A stretch of 64,000 nt of DNA, taken from contig CAVZDU010000010.1 in assembly GCA_963774265.1 (NCBI GenBank), positions 1-64,000 of the forward strand, read 5' to 3'. Positions 10,918-20,767 of this stretch are shown one piece after another. The position numbers were made by a program, and so were the translations under genes. The number at the start of each line of letters is the position of its first letter. The stretch's first letter is position 1. The notes under the pieces are model-generated. The model was given only the letters and a program-made list of their open reading frames with translations. It searched no databases and was not told where the DNA came from. Source of the stretch: an uncultured Chloroflexia bacterium. Its GTDB lineage: Bacteria > Chloroflexota > Anaerolineae > CG2-30-64-16.

Positions 10918-11364
10918 ATGCCTGACGCCAATACACGCCTTGTCACCACGCCAGCCGGTCATCCCGCCGTCGAAGTGCGCTTTCGCGTCCGCTACTTTGA
11001 AACCGATGCAATGGGCATCGTTCACCACGCGTCTTACATCACGTGGTTCGAAGAAGGGCGCAGTGCATTCACGCGGGCTAAAGGCTACCCCTATTCGCAA
11101 ATGGAGCGGGAAGGGGTTGCGCTTGCGGTGGCTGAGGTCAACGCACGTTATCATCGGCCAGCGCGCTATGACGACGAAGTGATCGTCACCGCGGCCCTGA
11201 CCCAACTTGGCAGCCGCGGAATGACGTTTGGCTATGAGGTGCGGAGGGCATCCGATGGTGAGTTGCTCGTATCAGGGAACTCTAAGCATGTTTCGGTGGA
11301 TGCCGCGGGCCGCGTTGCACTGATCCCCGCGGAGATGCGAGCTGCCTTCTCAGCGCAGCGTTGA
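10918..11364 (+). CDS. Acyl-CoA thioesterase, YbgC/4HBT hot-dog family
   Basis: RVRYFETDAMGIVHHASYITWFEEGR and Y..PARYDD. It has its own ATG after a G-rich RBS. Confidence 0.9.
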   Translation: MPDANTRLVTTPAGHPAVEVRFRVRYFETDAMGIVHHASYITWFEEGRSAFTRAKGYPYSQMEREGVALAVAEVNARYHRPARYDDEVIVTAALTQLGSRGMTFGYEVRRASDGELLVSGNSKHVSVDAAGRVALIPAEMRAAFSAQR

Positions 11365-11373
11365 AATCTTGGC

Positions 11374-11832
11374 TTACTCCGGGTCCTGATCCTGTTTCGA
11401 TTCCGTTTCCGGTTGCTCCACCATAGCCGGCGCCCGCGGTTCCCATCGCTCCACCGCGTGACGCTGCACCACCACGTCGCCGCTTGCAGTTGTGATTTCC
11501 GCAGCCCCAAGATCCCACCACTTGACCTCTCCAGTAAGGAACTCACCGTTCGACAGGTGAAGCGTGATCGGGAGCTTCGAGTCCATCACATGGAAAAGAG
11601 CCCGGCTCAACGCCTTGCGCGGCCAGTCTAGCCGCCAGCGCAGGTCCTCGAACGGCACGCCGAAGTAGTCTGCGAGCATTTGGATCGACTTGTCGTCGCC
11701 GACGGCGCGGTAGCGCTGCTCCGCGAGGCGATAAAGCCCCGGGGGCAGCTCAGGCAGCGCGGCTTCGATCTCCGCAGGTGTAACCCCGCCCCGCTGCGCA
11801 CGTAACATACGAAGTTGATCGCCGAGGCTCAT
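11374..11832 (-). CDS. XRE-type HTH fused to an Hfq/Sm-like domain (152 aa)
   Basis: N-terminus LGDQLRMLRAQRGG...LADYFGVP is XRE-like. C-terminus PITLHLSNGEFLTGEVKWWD...VVVQRHAV aligns by eye with the Hfq Sm1/Sm2 motifs. Confidence 0.65.
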   Translation of the reverse strand: MSLGDQLRMLRAQRGGVTPAEIEAALPELPPGLYRLAEQRYRAVGDDKSIQMLADYFGVPFEDLRWRLDWPRKALSRALFHVMDSKLPITLHLSNGEFLTGEVKWWDLGAAEITTASGDVVVQRHAVERWEPRAPAMVEQPETESKQDQDPE

Positions 11833-12629
11833 CGGATCGATTCCTTCCCGTCCGCTGGCTGAGTGCTCGGGCGTTTGCGGTAGTTAGCGATGGCCAATTT
11901 GTTAAGCGTGAGTTCGCTGCCATCGGCCTGGCGTACAGTAATGTTGTAGGGGCCGAACCCGGTAACCTGGCCGTCGACGCGGCTTCCGTCGAACAGGGTG
12001 AAATGAAGCTCGACGCCCTCGTCTTTGACGGCAGTCAGATAGCGAAGCTCGTACTGGTCGACCGCCTCCGGCAGATATGCTCGATGCCGTTCAGAAGACG
12101 GCGCGTTGCGCAATTCGACCTGTAATTTGACCAGCAGAGTGCTGGCTTCCAGTCGGTCGAGTTGTTCGAACGGCTTGCCGAGCTCGGCCTGAATCTCCGC
12201 CCGATCTTTGCCCAGCCGCTGGATCAGATCATCCAGATGCGCGATTTGACTGGGGCGAGCAGGCGCTGGCGGGCGCGGTTCGGTTGCAACGCGCGGTGGA
12301 CGGGCGATTCGTTGCCGCCCTGCTGCTTGTTCAGGGGCTGCGGGACTGGATGTTGGCGGCAGTGCGGCGGCCGCTGGCGCAGGTCGCGATTCTGGTCGCG
12401 GCGCCTGCCTCTCGAGCTGACCGCCGCCCGGACGCGGGTCGCATCGCAGGCGGATTTCGGATTCTTCAACGTAGAGGGCGCGGGCCAGACGCGACAGATG
12501 TCGCGGGTCAATCGAATGCGTCCCTGACTCGTATTCCATGATCAGGCCGATGGGCAAACCGGCACGGCTCGCCAGCGTGGCCACGCTGAGTCGTTTTTGT
12601 TCGCGTAAGGCCCATAGATTCTCAGACAT
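11829..12629 (-). CDS. XRE-type HTH + Pro/Ala linker + helical domain + Hfq/Sm-like domain (266 aa)
   Basis: LWALREQKRLSVATLASRAGL...YESG...LARALYV is an XRE HTH. C-terminus YLTAVKDEGVELHFTLFDGSRVDGQVTGFGPYNITV...LNKLAI resembles Hfq. Confidence 0.7.
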   Translation of the reverse strand: MSENLWALREQKRLSVATLASRAGLPIGLIMEYESGTHSIDPRHLSRLARALYVEESEIRLRCDPRPGGGQLERQAPRPESRPAPAAAALPPTSSPAAPEQAAGRQRIARPPRVATEPRPPAPARPSQIAHLDDLIQRLGKDRAEIQAELGKPFEQLDRLEASTLLVKLQVELRNAPSSERHRAYLPEAVDQYELRYLTAVKDEGVELHFTLFDGSRVDGQVTGFGPYNITVRQADGSELTLNKLAIANYRKRPSTQPADGKESIR

Positions 12630-12721
12630 AGGGGTCTCCTTGCCTGAGCTCGCATTTTTCGAGCGCGAGCTCGTTGCTCCCCCTTAACCTACGCGTGACC
12701 TTACAAAAGCACAGTAGCGCG

Positions 12722-13336
12722 TTATACCTTTGGTGGATCAGCCGTCTCGGGCAAGGGCAGAGGTGGGAGATGGTCCAACCCCTCCAAGCCGAAATATTGG
12801 AGGAACTGCAAGGTGGTGCCATAGAGGAAAGGTCGGCCCGGCTGCTCCAGCCGGCCGACGGGCTCGACGAGTTCCCGAGCGACCAATGTCCTCAGGACGC
12901 CGTCACAATTAACCCCGCGGATCGACTCAATTTCCCCGCGCGTCAGCGGTTGGCGATAGGCAACAACGGCAAGGGTTTCCAGTGCCGCCCCTGACAGCTT
13001 GGTGGTGAGATCCAGGCCCAGGAATCTCTCGATGAGGGATGCAGCTTCGGGCGCGGTGGTCAGGTGCGCGCGATCGCCTTTCCGCACGATGCGCAGCCCG
13101 CGGCGTTCGCTGGAGTAGGTCGCACTTAGTTCAACCAACGCGCCCTGCACGGTCTCCTCGTCGACGTCGAGCACGTGGGCGAAACGCGCGATCGGCGTCG
13201 GCGAGGGCGCAACAAAAAGCAGGGCCTCCAGTTGGGCCTCTAGTGCCAGGCACGATGCGGAGGTCACCTGTTCCGGAGTGAGCACGCCCTGCAGTGCGGC
13301 GTTCACTGGCTCAGCTCCGTTCGGCTGATCCGTCAT
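12722..13336 (-). CDS. scpB: SMC-Scp complex subunit ScpB
   Basis: LEALLF, LSGAALETLAVVAYRQPLTRGEIESIRGV and GRPFLYGTT..FL.YFGL. Confidence 0.95.
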   Translation of the reverse strand: MTDQPNGAEPVNAALQGVLTPEQVTSASCLALEAQLEALLFVAPSPTPIARFAHVLDVDEETVQGALVELSATYSSERRGLRIVRKGDRAHLTTAPEAASLIERFLGLDLTTKLSGAALETLAVVAYRQPLTRGEIESIRGVNCDGVLRTLVARELVEPVGRLEQPGRPFLYGTTLQFLQYFGLEGLDHLPPLPLPETADPPKV

Positions 13337-13893
13337 GCAGCCCCTTCCGTGTAGGGCGCGTGCTCAATATGAACCTGGATTTTGCCCAATTGCAGCCCCA
13401 TGCGCTCGGTAATGACTTCCTTCGCGACTGAGACGATCTCGTCCGTCTTCATCGGCACGTCGATCTCAGGCCGGGTCTGCACGTTCAACATAACATTGAC
13501 CGCCTTGCCGCTCCCCGTCACGATCGGCGTGACCGAAATCACGTCGGCGAGCTGGTCGAGGTGCCAGGTCAGCCTGCGGGCGACCGAATCGGTGGTCACA
13601 GCCGCCTGGCTGCCGCCTTCTGTGATGACGCGGACCGCGCGCGGCCGGCGGATTCGCACTTCTTGCCACAGCAGCGGGATGAAGATCACGACGGCGAGCA
13701 CGGCGAGTACGATCTGGCCCAGGGAGTACAGCCACGCCCGTTGCGACTGCACGCTGCGCAGCCAGGTGGCCGCGTTTGCCGCGCCCTGCTGCACGGCCTG
13801 CAGGGTCTGCAGCGGGAATAGCGCTAACAAGAGGCATAGTGCGAGAAGCAGCAGCAACAGGATGATGACAAGGATTTTATTGAATACGTTCAT
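13333..13893 (-). CDS. amaP: Alkaline-shock response membrane anchor AmaP-like protein
   Basis: Two N-terminal TM helices followed by an Asp23-like alpha/beta domain. Confidence 0.65.
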   Translation of the reverse strand: MNVFNKILVIILLLLLLALCLLLALFPLQTLQAVQQGAANAATWLRSVQSQRAWLYSLGQIVLAVLAVVIFIPLLWQEVRIRRPRAVRVITEGGSQAAVTTDSVARRLTWHLDQLADVISVTPIVTGSGKAVNVMLNVQTRPEIDVPMKTDEIVSVAKEVITERMGLQLGKIQVHIEHAPYTEGAA

Positions 13894-13906
13894 GGCGCCC
13901 TCCATC

Positions 13907-16684
13907 TCAATTATAACGGCGACGAGGAAAAACAAGTAAACGGCTTACTGCTGTTGCGCCCAGGATCACGAGCATGACCGACATGGTGATCAGGCTGATG
14001 ATGACGCCTAACCGCCAGCTCTCCGGTCGATATGTCAGCGTGACCTCATGCGTCCCCTCTGCCAATGGAATCGCCCGATAGAGCAGGTTGGCACGCAGGA
14101 TATCACCCGGCACACCGTCCAGAGATGCCTCCCATCCGGGATACCAGGCGTCCGCAACCACCAGGAATCCTGGTGTAGTGAGCTTCACGTTGCACGTCAC
14201 CCGTTCCCCCGTGGCAGCTGTGCAGACAGCATTCTCTGCGCTACTGACCGCAGTGGCTGAACGTGAGGGCACATTCGCCTCAATCACTGCAGTTGTGCGA
14301 GGATCGAAGGCCGGGTCGGCCACCGCGGACTGTGCGGCCACTTCATCGGCGACCGGCACGACGCCATGCACGATCCAGGCGCGGCCTGGTGCGCCGCGCC
14401 GCTCGTAGATCTTCACATCCCCGGAGTGGATGCGCCGGAACTCACCCTTCGGTGAGACCGTAATGGAAGTGTGAGCGCCCGTCTCACGGTCGATCAGGCT
14501 GGCTCCCTGGACAACCAGCGACGTGACGCCCGTGCTGGTGATCGTCACCCGGCGCGGCGTCACGGAGCGGGGCAGCGGCAGCACGACCGGGGTGGGAGGG
14601 TCCGCCGCTCTCAATGTTGGCTCCAGCGCGAGGTGGAGCGCCTCGCCCTCGATCGGGGTCACTGCAATATCGGCCCTCGCACCGGGCTCGGCTGATGCGA
14701 TGATCCCCAGGGCATCCGCCGCAAATGAGGGGTAGCCTGTCAGATCCAGATCGAGCGTCGCACCGGGTTGCACGGGTGCGCTCTGCTCGAGATCGTAGTA
14801 GATATCATCTGCCCACAGGTCCCGCTGCTTATCCGTGATGACGAAACGCACGCCGGTCAGATCCAGTAGCCGGGCAGTGGGAATAGCAGTGAGTTGCTCG
14901 CGCAGCCGTCCGTCGGGAGTTGTCTCGTTTGGCGCCAGAAATAATTCTTGAAGCTTCACATAACGTTCAAGCGGCAACAAGCCGCCGTCGTAGCCATCCA
15001 CAGCAGGCAGGCGGTAGAACAAGGACAGGTTCGGCGCCAACACCTCGACTTGTTTGGCGGCGCGCACAAGGCGGTCTACGGCTTCAGCGGGCAGCCGGTC
15101 CGCCTGCAATGTGCGCAGTTCGGCGAGGTCGCCGGGGTCATAGCGGATGTCAGATAGGCTTAAGAATCGGTCGCGTCCAGCTTGCTGCTGGTCAGCAGTG
15201 GCCGCGAGAAGGGCCGCGGGCGCGTTGCGAAGCGAAAGCGCCATCGGCGCAGTCGCGAGGGTGAAGGGCAGGGCGCGGCTGGCAACGAAGAGCTCGATGA
15301 GGGTGACGGCGAGGATCAGGGGCGCCTTACCCCACCTCATGATGACAGCCGCAACAATCGTCGCAATGACCCAAAACCCTACCGTCACCCATGACGGCCA
15401 GCGCTGGATGATGAGGAGTGCGAGAATTGCGGCGGCAGTGAGACCGGCAATTGTGCGGCCCAGGTGGCGGGCGGGCAGCGCCGGGCGCGTCAGGCGCAAG
15501 TGCGATAATCCGTCCATTCCCAGCGCGGCCAGCAGCGCCGCACCCAGTGCATACAACTCGAGCCAGCGTGCCGGGGCGCGGAAGAGGTCGAAGCCGGGCA
15601 CAAATCGCCACAAAGGATAGGTTAACGGGGAGTATGCGCCGAGCGCGAGGAGCACGCCGGCGATGACCAGGAGGACTGGCCGGATGTGCATGCCGGCCTC
15701 CGGGGTGTGCCTGCGCCATGCCCGAACAGCAAGCCATCCGCCCAAGGCCGCGAGTAGTAAGCCGGATAGACCGATGTGGGCCACGAACTCGGCGTAGCCC
15801 TCACTGCCAAACGCCTCAGCCAGACCGCCGCCGAACGGTGGCAGGAAGCTCTGCAGCAGCAATTGTGGCCGCAACGAGAAGCTGACGGCTTGGCGGTAGT
15901 CCAACCCTCCCGTGCGCAGGCCGAGCGCGGTGAGCTCGAGAGTTGGCAGCAACTGCGCTGCAGATAGGGCAAGGGCCGGGATGGTGGCCAGCAGTGGAAG
16001 CAGCCGTTGAAGCCGCGGTGGCCAACCGAGCGAGAAGAGCGCCCACACGCTCAGGCCGATCATGTTGATGAAAGTTGTCTGGGTGTGCCCCGCGAGCAGT
16101 TGCAGCGCGATGACGCTGCTTAGTGCCAGGAGACAGACCAGGCATCCACGCCAGTGTTGCTTTGAAGCACGGCGAATCGTTTCGTCATAGAGGAGCAGCA
16201 ACGCGGGCAGCCATGCCAGCGCGTTCAATTGGTTGATGTTTTCGACGCGCGCCAGCGTGAACCCGCCAAGCCCGAAAATCAGTCCGGCCATGAACGCGGC
16301 CGGCCGGCTGACATGCAGTGAGCGCCGCCCAAGCATGTAGGTGAACCCTGCGGCCAACCACGCGTGCAAAATGGCCGACCAGATGAGCGCCTGCTCGGGA
16401 CGCAGCCAGCTTAGGGGCCAGTGCGGCGGGTAGAGCACCGCGGCCTGGATATTTGCCAGGAACGGCGCGCCCGTGAAGAGATATGGATTCCACAGGGGCG
16501 CCACGCCCGCGCGGAATGCGTCCATCCGATAGGCCCAATAGGGGGTGAAGTAGGTGAGGGCGTCGATCCCCGCGACGATGCGGTTAGTCAGGCCGAGGGG
16601 CCAGAAGACGACCAGGGTGGCAAACGCCAGTGCGGCCCAGGCGCCGAGGTCGCGCAACCACGGACGTCGCTGCGATGCACTCAC
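13907..16684 (-). CDS. YfhO-family membrane protein (GT-C glycosyltransferase)
   Basis: PLWNPY.F.G.PFLAN...LYP, FRAPAR and the C-terminal YPGW...ANL..RAI.L..G.H.V.L.Y.P signature. Confidence 0.85.
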   Translation of the reverse strand: MSASQRRPWLRDLGAWAALAFATLVVFWPLGLTNRIVAGIDALTYFTPYWAYRMDAFRAGVAPLWNPYLFTGAPFLANIQAAVLYPPHWPLSWLRPEQALIWSAILHAWLAAGFTYMLGRRSLHVSRPAAFMAGLIFGLGGFTLARVENINQLNALAWLPALLLLYDETIRRASKQHWRGCLVCLLALSSVIALQLLAGHTQTTFINMIGLSVWALFSLGWPPRLQRLLPLLATIPALALSAAQLLPTLELTALGLRTGGLDYRQAVSFSLRPQLLLQSFLPPFGGGLAEAFGSEGYAEFVAHIGLSGLLLAALGGWLAVRAWRRHTPEAGMHIRPVLLVIAGVLLALGAYSPLTYPLWRFVPGFDLFRAPARWLELYALGAALLAALGMDGLSHLRLTRPALPARHLGRTIAGLTAAAILALLIIQRWPSWVTVGFWVIATIVAAVIMRWGKAPLILAVTLIELFVASRALPFTLATAPMALSLRNAPAALLAATADQQQAGRDRFLSLSDIRYDPGDLAELRTLQADRLPAEAVDRLVRAAKQVEVLAPNLSLFYRLPAVDGYDGGLLPLERYVKLQELFLAPNETTPDGRLREQLTAIPTARLLDLTGVRFVITDKQRDLWADDIYYDLEQSAPVQPGATLDLDLTGYPSFAADALGIIASAEPGARADIAVTPIEGEALHLALEPTLRAADPPTPVVLPLPRSVTPRRVTITSTGVTSLVVQGASLIDRETGAHTSITVSPKGEFRRIHSGDVKIYERRGAPGRAWIVHGVVPVADEVAAQSAVADPAFDPRTTAVIEANVPSRSATAVSSAENAVCTAATGERVTCNVKLTTPGFLVVADAWYPGWEASLDGVPGDILRANLLYRAIPLAEGTHEVTLTYRPESWRLGVIISLITMSVMLVILGATAVSRLLVFPRRRYN

Positions 16685-18216
16685 CGGGTGACCTCTGCAG
16701 TCGAGCTATCCGTGGTGGCGATCGCTCGGAGTTGCTCGATCCGGTAGAGCGCCGGGCCAGTCGGGTCGTTGGCTGTCTCGGTCGCCGCATTGGGTTGCAC
16801 GGTAAAGCCTCGCTCCGCCAACGCATCATCCAGGGCGGCCAGGGAATCGAGTTCCCAGTGCGGCAGCATGAGCCACTGGGGCGCACCGGGTTCTGCCTCA
16901 GCCACACGGGCCGCCTCGCGTGCCAATTTACCAGGACCATCATACCAGCTCCGCCTGATGGGCAGATCGTAGAGGTAATAGCCCAGGTGCCAGCCAAGGC
17001 GATCGAAATAGACAGTCGTACCCGCGGGTTGCCGCGCGAGGAAGTGCGCTGCCTCGGCCACGCCTCGATACGCGCCGATGTCGCTGCCCACCGGGATTCG
17101 CGCGGTAACACCCAATGACGTGGCGTAAACAAGGGCCAGGCCCAGCGGCGCCGCAACTAACCTCGCCGTACGAAGTGGCAGCGCGCTTCGTACGGCGAAC
17201 CAGAAAAGCAGCAGACCGCGTCCTGCCAGGGCACATATCAGCGGCAACACGGGCAGCAAGTAGCGATCCCAGGGCTGGAAGGTGAAGACGACGTGGACCA
17301 GCAGGTAGCAGAGGACGCATGAAGCCAGCAGCATCGAGTCCCGTTCACGGGACGTAGGCGCTGGATTGGCGATGAGTCGAGGCCACACGGCGATCACCAC
17401 GACCAGGAACAGTAGCACGCTGATGGCCGGTGCGCCAAACAAATACCCTGCCTGCTGCAGCCACTCGAGGGCGCGTTGGGGCCATTCCGCAAGCGGGGCC
17501 AACACGACACCGCCATAAGTGCGCAGGCTCTGGTCCCAGTAGCTCGGTCGGTTGTGCCAGCGGAGGCTATCCCAATAGATCACCGTACCGAATACCGGGC
17601 TGAAACCCAGAAGCGCCAGTGCAATGCTTTTCAGTATCTCGGCTGGGCGTGTGCTCTCATGGGTGTTCCGGCCACCCCTGGTTACCAGCAACGCCACGAC
17701 CAGCGGCACACCAAAAACCCCTTGCTGCTTGCTTGCAAAGGCCAAACCCAGCAGAATTCCTGCCCACAGCGGCCGGTCGGCGATGGCAGCCCAAGCCGCG
17801 CCGATGACGAATAACGTCAACCACGGATCGGTGAAGGCCGTCGGCCCGAAGAGGATCGCAAAGGGCGACAGGGCGAGCACCGCACCGGCCAGCAACGCAG
17901 TCCGCTCCCCATAGATGCGTCGTGTGTAGCCGACCGTCGCGAACACTGTCAGCACGCTGGCAAGCATGCCGGGTGCTCGCAAGGCCATCTCCGAGGGGCC
18001 AAATAACTTGACGCTCAGCGCGAGAAGGTAGAGGACGAGAGGCGGCTTGTCCACCCAGGGAATGAGCAGCAGGGGATCCGAGCCATCGGCGATCGCGCGT
18101 GCCCAGGTCCCGTACAGCGCCTCATCATGATGTAGCGGCAGATTCGCCGCCCAAGGGACCGTTCGCAGCAGCAGGCTTGCCCCCAGCAGGCCAAACAAGA
18201 GAAGCCGGCCCCGCAT
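16681..18216 (-). CDS. GT39/ArnT-like (PMT_2) membrane glycosyltransferase
   Basis: DEALY, DKPPL and multiple TM helices. ATG 18216 overlaps the GT2 stop codon. Confidence 0.8.
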   Translation of the reverse strand: MRGRLLLFGLLGASLLLRTVPWAANLPLHHDEALYGTWARAIADGSDPLLLIPWVDKPPLVLYLLALSVKLFGPSEMALRAPGMLASVLTVFATVGYTRRIYGERTALLAGAVLALSPFAILFGPTAFTDPWLTLFVIGAAWAAIADRPLWAGILLGLAFASKQQGVFGVPLVVALLVTRGGRNTHESTRPAEILKSIALALLGFSPVFGTVIYWDSLRWHNRPSYWDQSLRTYGGVVLAPLAEWPQRALEWLQQAGYLFGAPAISVLLFLVVVIAVWPRLIANPAPTSRERDSMLLASCVLCYLLVHVVFTFQPWDRYLLPVLPLICALAGRGLLLFWFAVRSALPLRTARLVAAPLGLALVYATSLGVTARIPVGSDIGAYRGVAEAAHFLARQPAGTTVYFDRLGWHLGYYLYDLPIRRSWYDGPGKLAREAARVAEAEPGAPQWLMLPHWELDSLAALDDALAERGFTVQPNAATETANDPTGPALYRIEQLRAIATTDSSTAEVTR

Positions 18217-18977
18217 CACTCGACGAATCGATACTTCAGAAGTGTCCACGCCACCGTCAAACCATCGCGCCAACTGATCTTCTTGCCCTCATTGAACTCG
18301 CGACCGGTGTACGAGATGGGCACCTCGTAGATTCGGTAGCCCCTCTTCAGGATCTTCGCGGTGATCTCGGGATCAAAGCCCCAACCGTGCGAGTTTAGCC
18401 GGAGTTGCTGGGCCACTTCGCGCGTGAACACCTTATAGCACGTTTCCATATCGGACAGGATCGAGTCGTAGAGAACATTGGCGAAGAGCGTGAGCAGCTT
18501 GTTGCCCAGCATGTGGCTGAAGAACATGGCCTTGCGTGGGCCACCGAGAAAACGGCTGCCGTAGACCACCTTCGAGCGGCCCTCGACGATCGGCTGTACT
18601 AATTTGGGGTACTCCCGCGGGTCATACTCGAGGTCCGCGTCCTGCACGATGAGGATATCGCCGGTCGACTTCTCGATCGCCGTGCGCACAGCAGCGCCCT
18701 TGCCCTGGTTGCGTTCATGATAATGCACGAATACGCCGGGCAACCTGGCTAACTCGGGCAGGATGTCAAGCGTCCCATCTTTCGACCCGTCATCGACAAT
18801 GACGATTTCCTTGTCAATGTCCAGTTCCACCGTGCCCTCTTTGGTGTGGGGTCGATTTCCCTGCGCATGCTTGCTTTCGCGGACGCGCAGAACGATGTCG
18901 ACATCCAGCACGCGTTCGACGATCTCGCGAATGGTGTCGATTTCGTTGTAGCAAGGAATGAGGACCGAAAGCTTCAA
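18216..18977 (-). CDS. GT2 polyprenol-phosphate glycosyltransferase (DPM1-like)
   Basis: IPCYNE, VDDGS.DGT, N.GKG.A, QDADLEYDP, V.GSRF and DMETCYK. TTG start after GGAGG. Confidence 0.9.
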   Translation of the reverse strand: MKLSVLIPCYNEIDTIREIVERVLDVDIVLRVRESKHAQGNRPHTKEGTVELDIDKEIVIVDDGSKDGTLDILPELARLPGVFVHYHERNQGKGAAVRTAIEKSTGDILIVQDADLEYDPREYPKLVQPIVEGRSKVVYGSRFLGGPRKAMFFSHMLGNKLLTLFANVLYDSILSDMETCYKVFTREVAQQLRLNSHGWGFDPEITAKILKRGYRIYEVPISYTGREFNEGKKISWRDGLTVAWTLLKYRFVE

Positions 18978-19104
18978 AGGGCGGACCTCCGGGTAATGAC
19001 CATGAGAACATTCGACATTATATCGGACGCTGGGCGAAATCTCAAAGCCGCGCGGCTTGACTTCAGAGACGCTGCCCGTATACTTGCCTGGGTGGAGACC
19101 AATC

Positions 19105-19968
19105 ATGAGCGCTGAAATAGAACAGAAACGGGTTCTTGTGGCCGTGTTCGCTCATCCGGATGATGAGTCCTTCGGTCCGGGCGGTACACTCGCGCGCTAT
19201 GCGCGAGAAGGTGTCGGCGTGTGGCTGGTGTGCGGCACCGACGGCAACGCGGGCACGGTGGACGCCGCGATGCTGGAAGGCTACAAAAGCACCTCACAGT
19301 TGCGAGCGGCGGAACTGTGTTGCGCAGCACAGACCTTGGGCCTGGCCGGCATCGATTGGCTGGCCTATCGCGACAGTGGCATGGCCGGCGCCCCGGAGAA
19401 CCAGCACCCTGACAGCCTGGTCCAGGCGCCCATGGAAAAGCTCGTCGGTCAGATCGTCGCCTCGATTCGCAGGCACAAACCGCAGGTGATTCTTTGCGAC
19501 AACCGGTTCGGCGGCTACGGCCACCCCGACCACATTAAGCTGCACCAGGCCACGATGCAAGCCTTCTACGCGGCCGCGGATGGGGCACAATATCCCGAAG
19601 CGGGTGCGCCTCACCAGGCACAGCGTCTCTATCACCCCGCGTTTGGATTCAAGATGTTCAAGTTGCTCGTGCGGCTGATGCCCATCGCGGGCCGCGATCC
19701 CCACAAGTTCGGCCGCAACGGCGACATCGATCTCGCCGAAGTCGTCAAGTGGGAGACGCCAGTCCACGCGCGAATCGACGTGAGCCGGTACCTTGACATC
19801 AAGATGGCCGCCTCCGCCTGTCACCGCAGCCAGGGCGGGCCGATGGAGATGGCCAGGAAGTTCCCTGCCTGGCTCACACGGCGATTGTTCGGCGACGAGG
19901 GCTTCACGCAGGCGATCTCCGAGCCTACGGGGAGGACGAAGACCACACGGGATCTGTTCCCAGGATGA
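19105..19968 (+). CDS. PIG-L family deacetylase (MshB/Mca/BshB-like)
   Basis: AHPDDE, YRDSGM and GGYGHPDH motifs. Confidence 0.9.
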   Translation: MSAEIEQKRVLVAVFAHPDDESFGPGGTLARYAREGVGVWLVCGTDGNAGTVDAAMLEGYKSTSQLRAAELCCAAQTLGLAGIDWLAYRDSGMAGAPENQHPDSLVQAPMEKLVGQIVASIRRHKPQVILCDNRFGGYGHPDHIKLHQATMQAFYAAADGAQYPEAGAPHQAQRLYHPAFGFKMFKLLVRLMPIAGRDPHKFGRNGDIDLAEVVKWETPVHARIDVSRYLDIKMAASACHRSQGGPMEMARKFPAWLTRRLFGDEGFTQAISEPTGRTKTTRDLFPG

Positions 19969-19975
19969 GAGAGGC

Positions 19976-20615
19976 ATGTCTCTGGAAGCGCAACTAACAC
20001 CCGAGGAGCAGGCGATTCTCGCCAGCCTGACCACACCCCGCAAAATCCAGGATTTCCTGGACTCGGTCGTGTATGAGGCGGAATACTTCAATCGGTCGCC
20101 CCTGCGCGTGCTTCGCGAGCGGCGCGGCCATTGCCTTGACGGCGCGCTGATTCGGTGCAGCCGCGCTGCGGCGGCTGGGCTATCCTCCCCTGGTATTGGA
20201 TCTGGTTCCCGAGCCGCTCATGGACGACGATCATGTGCTCGCGGTCTACCGTAAGGGGCAAGCGTTCGGCGTCGTAGCAAAGTCCAACTTCACCGGCCTG
20301 CGCTATCGTGATCCGATATATCGCACGCTGCGCGAGCTGGTGATGTCCTATTTCGAGAACTACTTCAACGCGTTGGGCCGCAAGACACTGCGTGGTTACA
20401 CGAGGCTGCTGGACCTCTCCAAATACGATGCCTTGGACTGGGAGACGTGCGACGCCGGTTGTGACCGCATCGAAAGGCGCCTGCAGGGGATGCAGCACAT
20501 TCCCATCCTGACCCCCGAGATGATCCGCGACCTCACCCCTGCGGATTCCCGCGCCTTGGCGGCCGGCCTCCACGGCGCAGACGAAGAAGGCCTCTTCAAA
20601 CCTGGCATCGCGTGA
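19976..20615 (+). CDS. Hypothetical protein with a transglutaminase-like Cys/His motif, apparent frameshift near 20150
   Basis: RSPLRVLRERRGHCLDGAL in one frame joins AAALRRLGYPPLVLDL...DDDHVLAVY...AKSNF.GLRYR in another. Confidence 0.65.
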
Positions 20616-20730
20616 TGGCCAACCGTCGTCGGGATGCTTGTGACGCCGCAACGTGAACTTATCGAGTCAGTCCTGCATGACATCAAGGGCCATGCTTCGG
20701 CGATCGAAGTTGGGCTGGGCGACTCCTACG

Positions 20731-20739
20731 TGATATAAT
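20731..20739 (+). promoter_or_regulatory. Extended -10 promoter element (TGnTATAAT) upstream of glyA-gcvT
   Basis: tgatataat about 30 nt before the ATG and its AAGGAG RBS. Confidence 0.5.
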
Positions 20740-20767
20740 CCACATGATCAAAGCAAAGGAGCGCGCC

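Noticed and set aside
9628-11364. Apparent 578-aa phosphofructokinase-thioesterase fusion
   Set aside because: A 1-nt shift near 10868 restores a normal Pfp end (RYGYLAGLAPRPY-stop at 10910), and the thioesterase has its own RBS and ATG at 10918. Most likely an indel artefact.
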